DNA of 64,000 bases from Candidatus Kaiserbacteria bacterium. Its GTDB lineage: Bacteria; Patescibacteriota; Minisyncoccia; Phycocordibacterales; UBA2100. The first letter of the stretch is position 1. Each line of letters opens with the position of its first letter. The stretch lies in NCBI GenBank assembly GCA_016217925.1, contig JACRFK010000003.1, positions 78,925-142,924 on the forward strand. Direction: 5' to 3'. A model generated the notes under the pieces. It was not told the DNA's origin, did not search any database, and saw only the letters and a list, made by a program, of their open reading frames with translations. Below, piece after piece: positions 29,676 through 38,051 of the stretch. A program made the translations under genes and the position numbers.

Positions 29676-30218
29676 TCATTTCTTAACAATAACGTGCGCT
29701 GCCCGCAATACCCTGCCGTCCATTTTGTACCCGTAGCGCAATATTCGTGCCACTGTTCCGGATTCGCCCGCCACGTCGTCACGCTCTTCTACAGTTTCGT
29801 GTACCGCATGGTCGACAATTTGGCCGACTTTCCCGAATCGCTCCACGCCATGGCGCGAAAGCGCATCAAGAAGCTGGCTACGTATCTGCTCGATGCCGCT
29901 GCGCCACCCCGCGTCCATGCTCTCCCACGTTGGTGAGCTTGCGGCGATATCAAAACCGTCGAGCGCGGGGATGATATCCGCGATCAGGTCTTCCTTGGCA
30001 CGGGTGCCCAATCGCTCGGCGTTTGCAAGCATTTCTTTGCGTGCGTTCACACTATCGGCCTTGCAACGCTGCCACCCGTCGAGGTACTCCTGGCGCTCTG
30101 CCTTCACCTCCGCGAGTTCGTCCTTAAGTTTTTTGAGCTTTGCCTGTGCGGCGCCGACGTCCCCGAGCTCTTCATCGGGCTCGAAATTCAGTTCTTCATC
30201 CGGAGGGACGTTCTTCAT
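29676..30218 (-). CDS. grpE: Nucleotide exchange factor GrpE
   Basis: Coiled-coil N-terminus. C-terminal GrpE signature HEAVHETVEE...VLRAAHVIV. Confidence 0.85.
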   Translation of the reverse strand: MKNVPPDEELNFEPDEELGDVGAAQAKLKKLKDELAEVKAERQEYLDGWQRCKADSVNARKEMLANAERLGTRAKEDLIADIIPALDGFDIAASSPTWESMDAGWRSGIEQIRSQLLDALSRHGVERFGKVGQIVDHAVHETVEERDDVAGESGTVARILRYGYKMDGRVLRAAHVIVKK

Positions 30219-30387
30219 GACGAAGCGAGTATAACAAAAACACCCCGCGATTGCGAGGTGTTTTTGCTTGAGGGGTTGAATCTATCGCTTGCGTCACGAC
30301 TCTCGTCGCGCCACCGCGACTCGGTCGCGACCCCGCCTCGCGGCCTCGCCTACTGGCTCGGCATCGCTCCGGCCGTCGTAGTGTCAA

Positions 30388-30411
30388 GAAAAAGCGAAGC
30401 AGTTCGCTTTT
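30388..30411 (-). terminator. Rho-independent terminator after rpsI
   Basis: On the minus strand: GAAAAAGCGAAcTGCTTCGCTTTT, a hairpin followed by a U-tract. Confidence 0.55.
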
Positions 30412-30412
30412 T

Positions 30413-30808
30413 CTAGCGCTTCGACCATTGCGGCGCTCTGCGCGCAGCTTTGAGACCGAACTTCTTGCGTTCTTTTGCACGGGGGTCGCGTTTGAGGAAG
30501 CCTCGGACCTTGAGGTCTTTACGCTGCTCGGGGGTGACTTCTATCATCGCGCGGGAAAGACCGAGGCGTACCGCTTCTGCCTGCGCCTTGAGGCCGCCGC
30601 CCTGTACGTGCGCAGAGACAGCGTACGTCGCCCCCATAAGCTTCAACGGCGAAAATGCCATCTGCACCATGACCTCGAGCGGGAAGTATTCATTCGCAAG
30701 TTTACCGTTCACGGTCATCGAAGAGCTCTTCGCTTCGGTGATGCGCACGCGGGCTGTTGCGGTCTTCCGACGGCCTACTGCTTCTGTGTATCGTAATTCT
30801 TTTGCCAT
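30413..30808 (-). CDS. rpsI: 30S ribosomal protein S9
   Basis: GRRKTATARV...GGGLKAQAEAVRLG...ERKKFGLKAARRAPQWSKR. Confidence 0.9.
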   Translation of the reverse strand: MAKELRYTEAVGRRKTATARVRITEAKSSSMTVNGKLANEYFPLEVMVQMAFSPLKLMGATYAVSAHVQGGGLKAQAEAVRLGLSRAMIEVTPEQRKDLKVRGFLKRDPRAKERKKFGLKAARRAPQWSKR

Positions 30809-30810
30809 AC

Positions 30811-31167
30811 TTATTCGGTAACCGCTAAATTTTTCAGACGGGGCGTATGCATCGTGTTGCGCGGGAGCATCCGTGCGACGGCCCGGCGGAGCGCTTCGGC
30901 GTTGCCTTTGCGTGCGGTGAGCGATGCGAGGCTTTCGCGCTTCAAGCCGCCCGGGTATCCGGAGTAGGTGGTATAGATAGTGCGCGAGCGTTTGCGTTCA
31001 CGGATATAGAGCTTGCTTGCATTGGTGACGGAGACTTTGACGTTCGAATTTTTGTTGGGCGTGTAATCGGGGCGCATCTTGCCCATGAGGGCTTTTGCGG
31101 CCTCGGAGGCGACGCGCCCGAGTGTGCGGCCGGCGGCGTCGATTGTGTATGTGTTTTTTGTCTCCAT
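30811..31167 (-). CDS. rplM: 50S ribosomal protein L13
   Basis: YTIDAAGRTLGRVASEAAKALMGK matches the L13 N-terminus. Operon partner of rpsI. Confidence 0.85.
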   Translation of the reverse strand: METKNTYTIDAAGRTLGRVASEAAKALMGKMRPDYTPNKNSNVKVSVTNASKLYIRERKRSRTIYTTYSGYPGGLKRESLASLTARKGNAEALRRAVARMLPRNTMHTPRLKNLAVTE

Positions 31168-31172
31168 ACTAA

Positions 31173-31559
31173 TTATTTTCCTCCGGAGGAGGATCCGCCT
31201 TCGGCGGAAACGAATTCAATGCGTGCGGCTTCACCCACGCGCTTCCCTACTCTGCCGAGGTTAACGATGCGTGTGTAGCCGCCTGCTCGTTTTGCGTAGC
31301 GCGGGGCGTATACATCGTGAAGCTTTTTCACCACATCATGAGCACCGCCCATGCGCGTTTCGATGACGCGGCGTGACGCGAGTGTGTTCTTCTTGCTCAT
31401 CGAGACCATCCTCTCGACGAACGGGCGGAGTTCTTTTGCCTTTGCGATAGTGGTCGTAATTCCCTCGTGTAGTACGAGCGAACGCGCGAGACTGCGCAGA
31501 AGTGCCGTCCGTTGCCCCCTCTTACGTCCCAATGTTCTGTTCTTCTTGTGATGCTGCAT
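31173..31559 (-). CDS. rplQ: 50S ribosomal protein L17 (with [12 protein letters not shown]-terminal extension)
   Basis: MQHHKKNRTLGRKRGQRTALLRSLARSLVLHEGITTT. The last 11 codons come from the 30-bp element. Confidence 0.85.
   Translation of the reverse strand: MQHHKKNRTLGRKRGQRTALLRSLARSLVLHEGITTTIAKAKELRPFVERMVSMSKKNTLASRRVIETRMGGAHDVVKKLHDVYAPRYAKRAGGYTRIVNLGRVGKRVGEAARIEFVSAEGGSSSGGK
31179..31208. repeat. 30-bp GGATCC-centred double-hairpin element, in-frame at the extreme 3' end of rplQ
   Basis: tcctccggaggaggatccgccttcggcgga, 30/30 identical to the dnaK copy. Confidence 0.8.
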
Positions 31560-31565
31560 ACCAGG

Positions 31566-32543
31566 TTACTTATCGTTGCGGAGAGTGAGACCCATGTTCG
31601 AGAGCGCGCGTTTAATGTCCTGAAGTCCTTTTTGGCCGAGCCCTTCTATAGCAAGAAGGTCATCTTCTCGCTTGCGTACCAATCCTCCGACGGTCCGGAT
31701 AGAAGCGTTATCGAGCGCCTGCTCCACACGCTGCGGCATGCTTAATTCCGTGATACGGGTCTTCAAAACTTCCGCGTCCATGGCTCCTCCCTTGTCTTCG
31801 CGGGAACCAGCGTGTGCTTCGGTCGCGCCAGAGAGTGCCTCCGGCGTCTCGTCCTCCTTGAATCCGACGACGGCCTTGAGCTGATGGATCATGGTCTCAA
31901 TAGAACTCTCAAGTGCTTCTCGCGGAGCAAGAGTGCCGTCGGTCTCGATAACGATACGGAGACGGTTGAAATCCGTGCGGTCTCCGACGCGCATGTTTTC
32001 CACTTCGTAATTGACACGGCGTATCGGCGAGAATATCGCGTCAAGCGCGATGGTCCCGATCTCCACGCGCTCCTTTTGGTGCATCTCCTTTGCGATGTAG
32101 CCAAGACCGCGTTCCGCGCGCAGCTCTAATTCAAGATTGACTTTGCCGCTTACATCGGCGATGTGCTGTTCCGGATTCAATATTTCGACTTGGCCGGGCA
32201 ATTTAAAATCTGCGGCGGTCACTTCTTTCGGCCCCTTCACTGAAAGCGTGATTGTCTGAGGTTCATCGGTCAGGAGCTTGAGGCGGACCTTGCGGATATT
32301 GAGCAAGAGCGTTACAACGTCCTCCTTGACGCCTTCGATGGTGGAGAATTCATGCGCGACCCCGGGAAGTTTGACGTGCGTGACAGCTGCGCCCGGAAGG
32401 GACGAGAGGATGATGCGGCGCAACGAATTTCCCAGAGTGTAGCCGTATCCCGGATAGAGTCCGTCTATTTCATAGGTACCGCCTCGCTCTGTTTCGGAGA
32501 CGACGCGCGGTTTGCTGGGCAGTGCAATGTGGTAATCCGACAT
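31566..32543 (-). CDS. rpoA: DNA-directed RNA polymerase alpha subunit
   Basis: GYGYTLGNSLRRIILSSLPGAAVT N-terminal domain. Has a C-terminal alpha-CTD. Confidence 0.9.
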   Translation of the reverse strand: MSDYHIALPSKPRVVSETERGGTYEIDGLYPGYGYTLGNSLRRIILSSLPGAAVTHVKLPGVAHEFSTIEGVKEDVVTLLLNIRKVRLKLLTDEPQTITLSVKGPKEVTAADFKLPGQVEILNPEQHIADVSGKVNLELELRAERGLGYIAKEMHQKERVEIGTIALDAIFSPIRRVNYEVENMRVGDRTDFNRLRIVIETDGTLAPREALESSIETMIHQLKAVVGFKEDETPEALSGATEAHAGSREDKGGAMDAEVLKTRITELSMPQRVEQALDNASIRTVGGLVRKREDDLLAIEGLGQKGLQDIKRALSNMGLTLRNDK

Positions 32544-32593
32544 AAAAAAATGATAACGTCAAGCTGCTAGTAAAAATCGCCAACAATTATAAC

Positions 32594-33211
32594 CTATCTG
32601 CTGTAGAACTCAAAGACCGTAGGATAATCGAGTCCGGTCTCAACGGTGTTGTACGTCGGCTCTCCGACGACCTCTGCTTTGAGCAAGCTAAGGTCAACGG
32701 TGAGCCATGCGGGAACGGAACGGGTGTTCTCTGCTTTGTTCTCGAGAAGGCCGGCAAACAACGGGCTTCGGCGGCTACCCTCCCGGACGCTGACTACATC
32801 ACCCTTGCGGACGCGGTACGAAGGGACCGTCGTTCGCTTGCTGTTGATCAGGATGTGGCCGTGAGAGAGAGCTTGACGTGCAGCACGGCGTGTGGGCAAA
32901 AGGCCTGCGCGATACGCGACGCTATCTGCGCGCATTTCGAGCGCGCGATGCAAACTCGCCGACGGATCAGGTTGCGTGTACGCCACTTTTGCATAATTGG
33001 AAAGCTGTTTCTCCGAGATGCCATAGGTAAAGCGGACGCGCTGCTTCTCCAAAAGCTGTCTCCCGTAATCACTGCCGCCCCGGCCTCCGCGGGTTTTCTT
33101 ATTTGCAGCCGAGCGTGCCTCCGAGAGTGCGAATTTTTGTGACTGCGTCTTTTCAAAGATGGCGGCGCCAAGTCTTTTTGCGATCTTAAATTTTGATTTT
33201 ATCAGCAACAT
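32594..33211 (-). CDS. rpsD: 30S ribosomal protein S4
   Basis: S4 N-terminal region plus S4 RNA-binding domain (RLD..VYR.G). Confidence 0.9.
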   Translation of the reverse strand: MLLIKSKFKIAKRLGAAIFEKTQSQKFALSEARSAANKKTRGGRGGSDYGRQLLEKQRVRFTYGISEKQLSNYAKVAYTQPDPSASLHRALEMRADSVAYRAGLLPTRRAARQALSHGHILINSKRTTVPSYRVRKGDVVSVREGSRRSPLFAGLLENKAENTRSVPAWLTVDLSLLKAEVVGEPTYNTVETGLDYPTVFEFYSR

Positions 33212-33216
33212 ATATA

Positions 33217-33651
33217 TTAGACCCTTCGAGGCTTTGGCGGTCGGGGGCCATTATGCGGTATCGGGGTGTCGTCGGCAATTCGAGTGACGTCAATACCTTT
33301 ACTGACAAATCCGCGCATTGCGGATTCGCGACCGGCGCCGACACCACGGATGACGACATCCACTTCTTTGACGCCGATGATGGCCGCTTTGTCCCCAACA
33401 AGTTCGCCGACTTTTGCGGCAGCAAATGGAGTGCCTTTCTTGGCGCCTGAAAAGCCGAGAGCGCCTGAGGACGACCACGCGACCGCGTTGCCGCTCTTGT
33501 CTGTCAGAAGGACTTTGGTGTTGTTGTACGTCGCATGGATATGCAGTGTGCCCGCGAGAATGTTCTTCTTTGCGATGCGCGCGAGAGAGCGGGACTTGAG
33601 TCCTTGGTCCACGCTACCTCCGCTCTTTCTTATGATGCGCTTTTTTCCCAT
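33217..33651 (-). CDS. rpsK: 30S ribosomal protein S11
   Basis: LHIHATYNNTKVLLTD..GN....SSGALGFSGAKKGTPFAA. Confidence 0.9.
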   Translation of the reverse strand: MGKKRIIRKSGGSVDQGLKSRSLARIAKKNILAGTLHIHATYNNTKVLLTDKSGNAVAWSSSGALGFSGAKKGTPFAAAKVGELVGDKAAIIGVKEVDVVIRGVGAGRESAMRGFVSKGIDVTRIADDTPIPHNGPRPPKPRRV

Positions 33652-33676
33652 ACTGGTACAAAAATAAATTTTTTGA

Positions 33677-34057
33677 TTATGTCTTCTCCAACTTGCGGCG
33701 GCCGGATGTCATCGTCTTTCTGACGTTGCCACGGACCGTGCGGGAATTGGTTTTTGAACGCTGACCACGACCCGGCAAATGTTTGGCGTGGCGGCTCCCT
33801 CGATAAGATTTAATGTCTTTGAGCCGGCGGATATTGCCGCTCACGTCGCGGCGCAATTCCCCTTCTACGGTAAACTTCTCGACTGCTTCGCGAAGCGAGG
33901 TCTCTTCTTTTGCCGAAACATCTTTCGGTTTCTTACCGGCGTCTATGCCGAGTGCTTTAAGTGTGGCAAGCGCTCGTGGTCGGCCGATGCCATAAATGGC
34001 GGTCAGGCCTATTTCGAGGCGCTTTTCTTCGGGTATGGTGATTCCAGCGATACGCAT
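33677..34057 (-). CDS. rpsM: 30S ribosomal protein S13
   Basis: MRIAGITIPEEKRLEIGLTAIYGIGRPRA. Confidence 0.9.
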   Translation of the reverse strand: MRIAGITIPEEKRLEIGLTAIYGIGRPRALATLKALGIDAGKKPKDVSAKEETSLREAVEKFTVEGELRRDVSGNIRRLKDIKSYRGSRHAKHLPGRGQRSKTNSRTVRGNVRKTMTSGRRKLEKT

Positions 34058-34151
34058 ATGAATAATTTTTAATTTACAATTTTCAATTTACAAAATTGGG
34101 ACATTGAAAATTCATTGCAAAATTGAAAATTGATAACTGAAAATTTGAGTT
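34058..34151. repeat. AT-rich repetitive spacer between rpmJ and rpsM (paralogous to 29593-29675)
   Basis: Shares AATTTACAATTTT and ATTGAAAATTCATT with the grpE-dnaK spacer. Confidence 0.6.
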
Positions 34152-34265
34152 CTAGCCTTGTCGTTGTTTATGTCTTGGATTTTTACAAATAACCCACAAT
34201 CGCCCGCGACGCTTCACTGCGTGGCAATGTGTACAGATCTTTTTGACTGAGGATTTTACTTTCAT
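34152..34265 (-). CDS. rpmJ: 50S ribosomal protein L36 (not in the ORF track)
   Basis: Manual translation gives [37 protein letters not shown], a zinc-ribbon L36. Confidence 0.8.
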   Translation of the reverse strand: MKVKSSVKKICTHCHAVKRRGRLWVICKNPRHKQRQG

Positions 34266-34338
34266 GTTCCTAAATTTGCAAAACGTAACCAGAATCCCGT
34301 CTCCGAACTTCGGAGTGCGCGACTCTACGGACTTCTCG

Positions 34339-34545
34339 TTAGCTTCGTCTCACGATACGTGCCCTGCCTCCGTACGGATCCAGTTGCACTTCTACTTTAT
34401 CGCCGACGAGCACCTTAATTCTATGCAGCCGCATCTTTCCGGCGAGATACGCGAGTACGCGAGTCCCCCCTTCGAGCTTCACCTGAAAAAGGGTGTTGGG
34501 AAGCGCCTCATCGACGACTCCACTCACAACCTTTAGTTCGGTCAT
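34339..34545 (-). CDS. infA: Translation initiation factor IF-1
   Basis: [58 protein letters not shown], an S1-like OB fold. Confidence 0.8.
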   Translation of the reverse strand: MTELKVVSGVVDEALPNTLFQVKLEGGTRVLAYLAGKMRLHRIKVLVGDKVEVQLDPYGGRARIVRRS

Positions 34546-34682
34546 ATCTGCGCTCGGTAGAATAGCAGCTCTGTGCGGGTTAGTCAACCCCGTTAGAGGC
34601 CAACTTCGCTGATTCTTGTAATTTTCATTTTTGCAGGTGACATTGATCCGCGTAGCCTCTAACGGGGTCAAATCCCTGCAGG

Positions 34683-36155
34683 CTATTTGACCACTTCAGG
34701 CACGACCACGTCGATCTTGATGTCGGAAGCTGTAGCCGGAAAGCTGTTTTTCCAGAACGGGGCGATACGCGCACGTGCCTCCTGGACGCCTGAGAATCCG
34801 TTTACAATACCCTGAAATGCCGAGTTGTCCTTGCCCTCCAAAGCCTTCGCAAGTGCCTCAGCGTCGACCTTCCAGATAACAAGGGCGGAGCCGGATACAG
34901 CAAGGTTGAGAATGCTTGGTTGGCCATCAATGCTGGACGAGGCAAACTGAACGGAAAAGTCGTCCGATGGCTTCAGGGTGACTAATTCAGCATCGTCGAA
35001 ATCGGTAAATGCCGATCGAGCGACAGATCGTGCGAAGGCGTCTGAAGAAAATGTCGGCACCGTCACACGTGCCTTTTGGTGGATCCTCACCGAGCTACCA
35101 GCCTCCGTCGTATTGGGCAGCGATTCGTACGTGATTCGGATGAGCTCTGGAAATACGGAAACGCCATCTTTGGCCTGGCCAATCGCGGCCTCGTGGGCCT
35201 TTGTCTCGAGCCTTGTGCGCACGGCGGAGATGGCGCTGTCGAGCTCTCCTGGTGTTGTGCCGGGCTGTTCACCCGCGAAGCCCCCCGAGAATGCGTCGGT
35301 CGACTTCGCGTATACACCCGCGTACATAGGCGCGGTCGATTTGAGTCCGGGAAGGGTGAACTTCGCGACAGGACCAATATTGTACTTCTCACCGGGCTGG
35401 TCTGCGGCGACTGTGACATTGACCTGTCCAGGTGCCGAACCGACTTTTCCCGGAACCACGACATCGGACAGTGCACGGTAGATGAGACCCTCGGGAGATT
35501 CGAATCGTGTCGTTTTAACCAAGCGAACAGGAGATGCAGAATATGAGTTATAAACAGTGATGCTACCGGAGGCTTTCGTTTCAACGTGGGTCGTGCCTTG
35601 TGCGGCGACGACCCCGGAGTCCTCGAGGTCGAAGGTCTGCACGGTATACGCGAGCGTACCGGGTGTCGCCTCTGACGCATCGGCTACTTGGTACGCCGTG
35701 AGCGTGGTGGAAGAAAGCGTAGCCATACGCGATTTGGGTGTAACTGTGATGGTGGTTGAGGAAAACACAAAAAGAAGCGACGCGGCAGCGATGAGAACAA
35801 CGAGTGACGCAGCCGCCCAAATCCACAGACGAGTAGCGCGGCGCGGCGGGCGTAGCGGACCTCCGCCTGAAGCGTCACGAATGTCGGTATCCATACGATT
35901 CGGTGCCCCCGTGACTCGAAATGGGCGTGAACGCGCCGGAGGAGATATGCTCCGTATGCCGCGCGAGGCCGGATCGGCCGTCCCATCAGTACCCATAGAT
36001 GCATCAGCTACGCGTATCGGTATGTCGCGTGCGTCGGTCGGCCGGTCAAGTGGCTCTTCCTCCACGGGCGCCTGGGGTGGGCGGGGAGTGAACTGACGCG
36101 GTGGAGTCGGAGCACCGGATGGTGGCGTAATATCTTGAAAGTAATCTTTTGCCAT
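34683..36155 (-). CDS. Hypothetical single-pass membrane protein with Pro-rich N-terminus and large extracytoplasmic domain
   Basis: 490-aa ORF with one TM helix at about residue 110 and no known motif. Confidence 0.45.
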   Translation of the reverse strand: MAKDYFQDITPPSGAPTPPRQFTPRPPQAPVEEEPLDRPTDARDIPIRVADASMGTDGTADPASRGIRSISPPARSRPFRVTGAPNRMDTDIRDASGGGPLRPPRRATRLWIWAAASLVVLIAAASLLFVFSSTTITVTPKSRMATLSSTTLTAYQVADASEATPGTLAYTVQTFDLEDSGVVAAQGTTHVETKASGSITVYNSYSASPVRLVKTTRFESPEGLIYRALSDVVVPGKVGSAPGQVNVTVAADQPGEKYNIGPVAKFTLPGLKSTAPMYAGVYAKSTDAFSGGFAGEQPGTTPGELDSAISAVRTRLETKAHEAAIGQAKDGVSVFPELIRITYESLPNTTEAGSSVRIHQKARVTVPTFSSDAFARSVARSAFTDFDDAELVTLKPSDDFSVQFASSSIDGQPSILNLAVSGSALVIWKVDAEALAKALEGKDNSAFQGIVNGFSGVQEARARIAPFWKNSFPATASDIKIDVVVPEVVK

Positions 36156-36204
36156 GTAATTTTCTCGAAATTATGTCGCGACTTCTATATTCTACCTCAC
36201 AAAA

Positions 36205-37362
36205 TCATGCCCGCCTTTCTTCGATGTTAACAAGTGCGGCGGCGAGGTGAATGCCTGTGTCAATGCGTACTGCAGTTTCGGGAAGCGCCCAATGCGCGAG
36301 ATCAAGCGACTTTAGAGACGAGACAACGAATGGTTGTGTTGTTGTGGTGAATTGCGCGAAATCGATACGAGAAAAAAGTCCGCTAAGCCACGGAATGAGG
36401 TCTTGGTGCGTCGTAAGTATGAGATGGTTTGGTAAGCGTTGGCGTTGGACTAATTTCGCAATAGCTTCGCCAAATGCACGAACAAGCTCTGGCTCGGCCT
36501 TTGCCGCAGCGGCATTAACCGCCTCACACGCGGGGTCGTGGCATTCTCCACCCGCAATAAGGCGCAACAAGGTCAGAGTGTCGTCCGGCATATTATTTCC
36601 ACTGATCCGTTTAAGGATCGAATTCTTTCCTTCAGACGTTGACGCGTATTCCGTCACGAGTCCGTTCCGGATCACCATAAAACTTGTTCCCTCGCTAGCC
36701 ATATCCACAACTACAAATTCGTCGGGCGACGCCGGAGTAACCCGCATGACAGAGAGCGTCGCGTGAACTCCCGAACGCCATGTGACCGGCTGGGAGCCAA
36801 AAAGTTGTTGCAGCGCGCTATTCACCGATGCACGTAATCCTGGGTCGCAACCGCTGACAAGCGCAGAGACGTTAAGCTCGTTGCCGGATTTCCCCTCCGG
36901 CCGACTTGTCGGATATCCGTTGACCTCGACGCGCACAACTCCGGCTTCTAGGATATTCTCTCGGGCAAATTCAGTATCTTCTGCAAGGGCCTGTTGCGCA
37001 AGTTTGCCTATCACCTTGCCTGAAATGGACGTCGCCTTGGGGAAAGTCGTCCGCGCCGTGACCGTTTTTGAGCGTGTCCACGGTGCGCGGATGATGGCGT
37101 AGACGGAATGCGGCATCTTCCCTCCCGCTTCTCTGTGGTTTTCGAGCGCGTGCTGTCCCGCCCCTATCAAATGCGCGCCGATGGCGGCAATAATTGCCGC
37201 AGGAGAGCGCTCCTCAATGGGTAGGGAACGACGCTCTGCAGCGAGTATGCGTACCGGCCCGTCTTTTGGTACGGCAAGTATGGCGACGGCGGCGCTTCCG
37301 CTCCCGATATCCGCGACGGCGACAATCTTTTCGCGCGAACGCCCGAGATGTATTCCGAACAT
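36205..37362 (-). CDS. ASKHA (actin-like ATPase) fold protein, possibly Ppx/GppA-family
   Basis: VAVADIGSGSAAVAIL phosphate-1 motif and DMASEGTSFMV phosphate-2-like motif. A weak call. Confidence 0.35.
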   Translation of the reverse strand: MFGIHLGRSREKIVAVADIGSGSAAVAILAVPKDGPVRILAAERRSLPIEERSPAAIIAAIGAHLIGAGQHALENHREAGGKMPHSVYAIIRAPWTRSKTVTARTTFPKATSISGKVIGKLAQQALAEDTEFARENILEAGVVRVEVNGYPTSRPEGKSGNELNVSALVSGCDPGLRASVNSALQQLFGSQPVTWRSGVHATLSVMRVTPASPDEFVVVDMASEGTSFMVIRNGLVTEYASTSEGKNSILKRISGNNMPDDTLTLLRLIAGGECHDPACEAVNAAAAKAEPELVRAFGEAIAKLVQRQRLPNHLILTTHQDLIPWLSGLFSRIDFAQFTTTTQPFVVSSLKSLDLAHWALPETAVRIDTGIHLAAALVNIEERRA

Positions 37363-37482
37363 TGAGTAAGTATACCAATCAAAGGGTCAGAAGGTCTGCG
37401 AATTTTGGTGAAGTGTTGAAAAAACAATCACGCCCGCCGGTTTAACCGAGCGGGCGTGGGAGTCTCAGCGGCACGGCATCGC

Positions 37483-37995
37483 TTATTTTTTGTAGTAATC
37501 CGCGTCGTCCATTATGGCTTGCGGCATGACCACCATTTGATGACCGCCCCAATTATGGGGATTATCAATGGTCATAATCATCGCAGGCTCTACCTTGATG
37601 TCGAGTTCAGCAAGTAGCGCCTTCTTCTCGTTATATCGTCCGAAGTCTGGGACGAACAGAGACGTACCAACGGCTACTGCACTGAGCACGCACAAGCTCA
37701 CGACAATCGGCATTTTCGCCGGTTCGGTAAGTAATCCTTGCGCTATGAAAGCCGATGATATAAGCATGGCAGTAGTTACGATTACTACCCATGCCATACC
37801 GTGCTTCCACCAAGGCTTCAGCTCGATTGCTTGCCATCTGCAGTACGCCCGGTCAGGTATTCGTATTACTTTACAAAAGCAACGCCAATCCTCGGGCTCT
37901 CCTCGCCAGAAGACGTATTCCTCACTTCCGAATCGATGAATCCTCCAGGGCAACCTACGTGTCCCCGCTGGAGTCTTTTTCTTCTGTTCGGCCAT
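37483..37995 (-). CDS. Hypothetical membrane protein
   Basis: 170-aa ORF with a Cys/Trp-rich N-terminus and 2-3 TM helices. Confidence 0.35.
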   Translation of the reverse strand: MAEQKKKTPAGTRRLPWRIHRFGSEEYVFWRGEPEDWRCFCKVIRIPDRAYCRWQAIELKPWWKHGMAWVVIVTTAMLISSAFIAQGLLTEPAKMPIVVSLCVLSAVAVGTSLFVPDFGRYNEKKALLAELDIKVEPAMIMTIDNPHNWGGHQMVVMPQAIMDDADYYKK

Positions 37996-38051
37996 GGCCG
38001 ACCCCCATTGGAGCGTGATTGCCCACTGTCGAGCACTATGCGTCAGTAAAA

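Noticed and set aside
34585-34670. The shared GCCTCTAACGGG 12-mer between the infA upstream hairpin (34585-34670) and the ANL gene 3' end (61481-61495), as a possible repeat family.
   Set aside because: There is only one short shared word. Both sites form local hairpins, but two occurrences of a 12-mer are insufficient to call a family.
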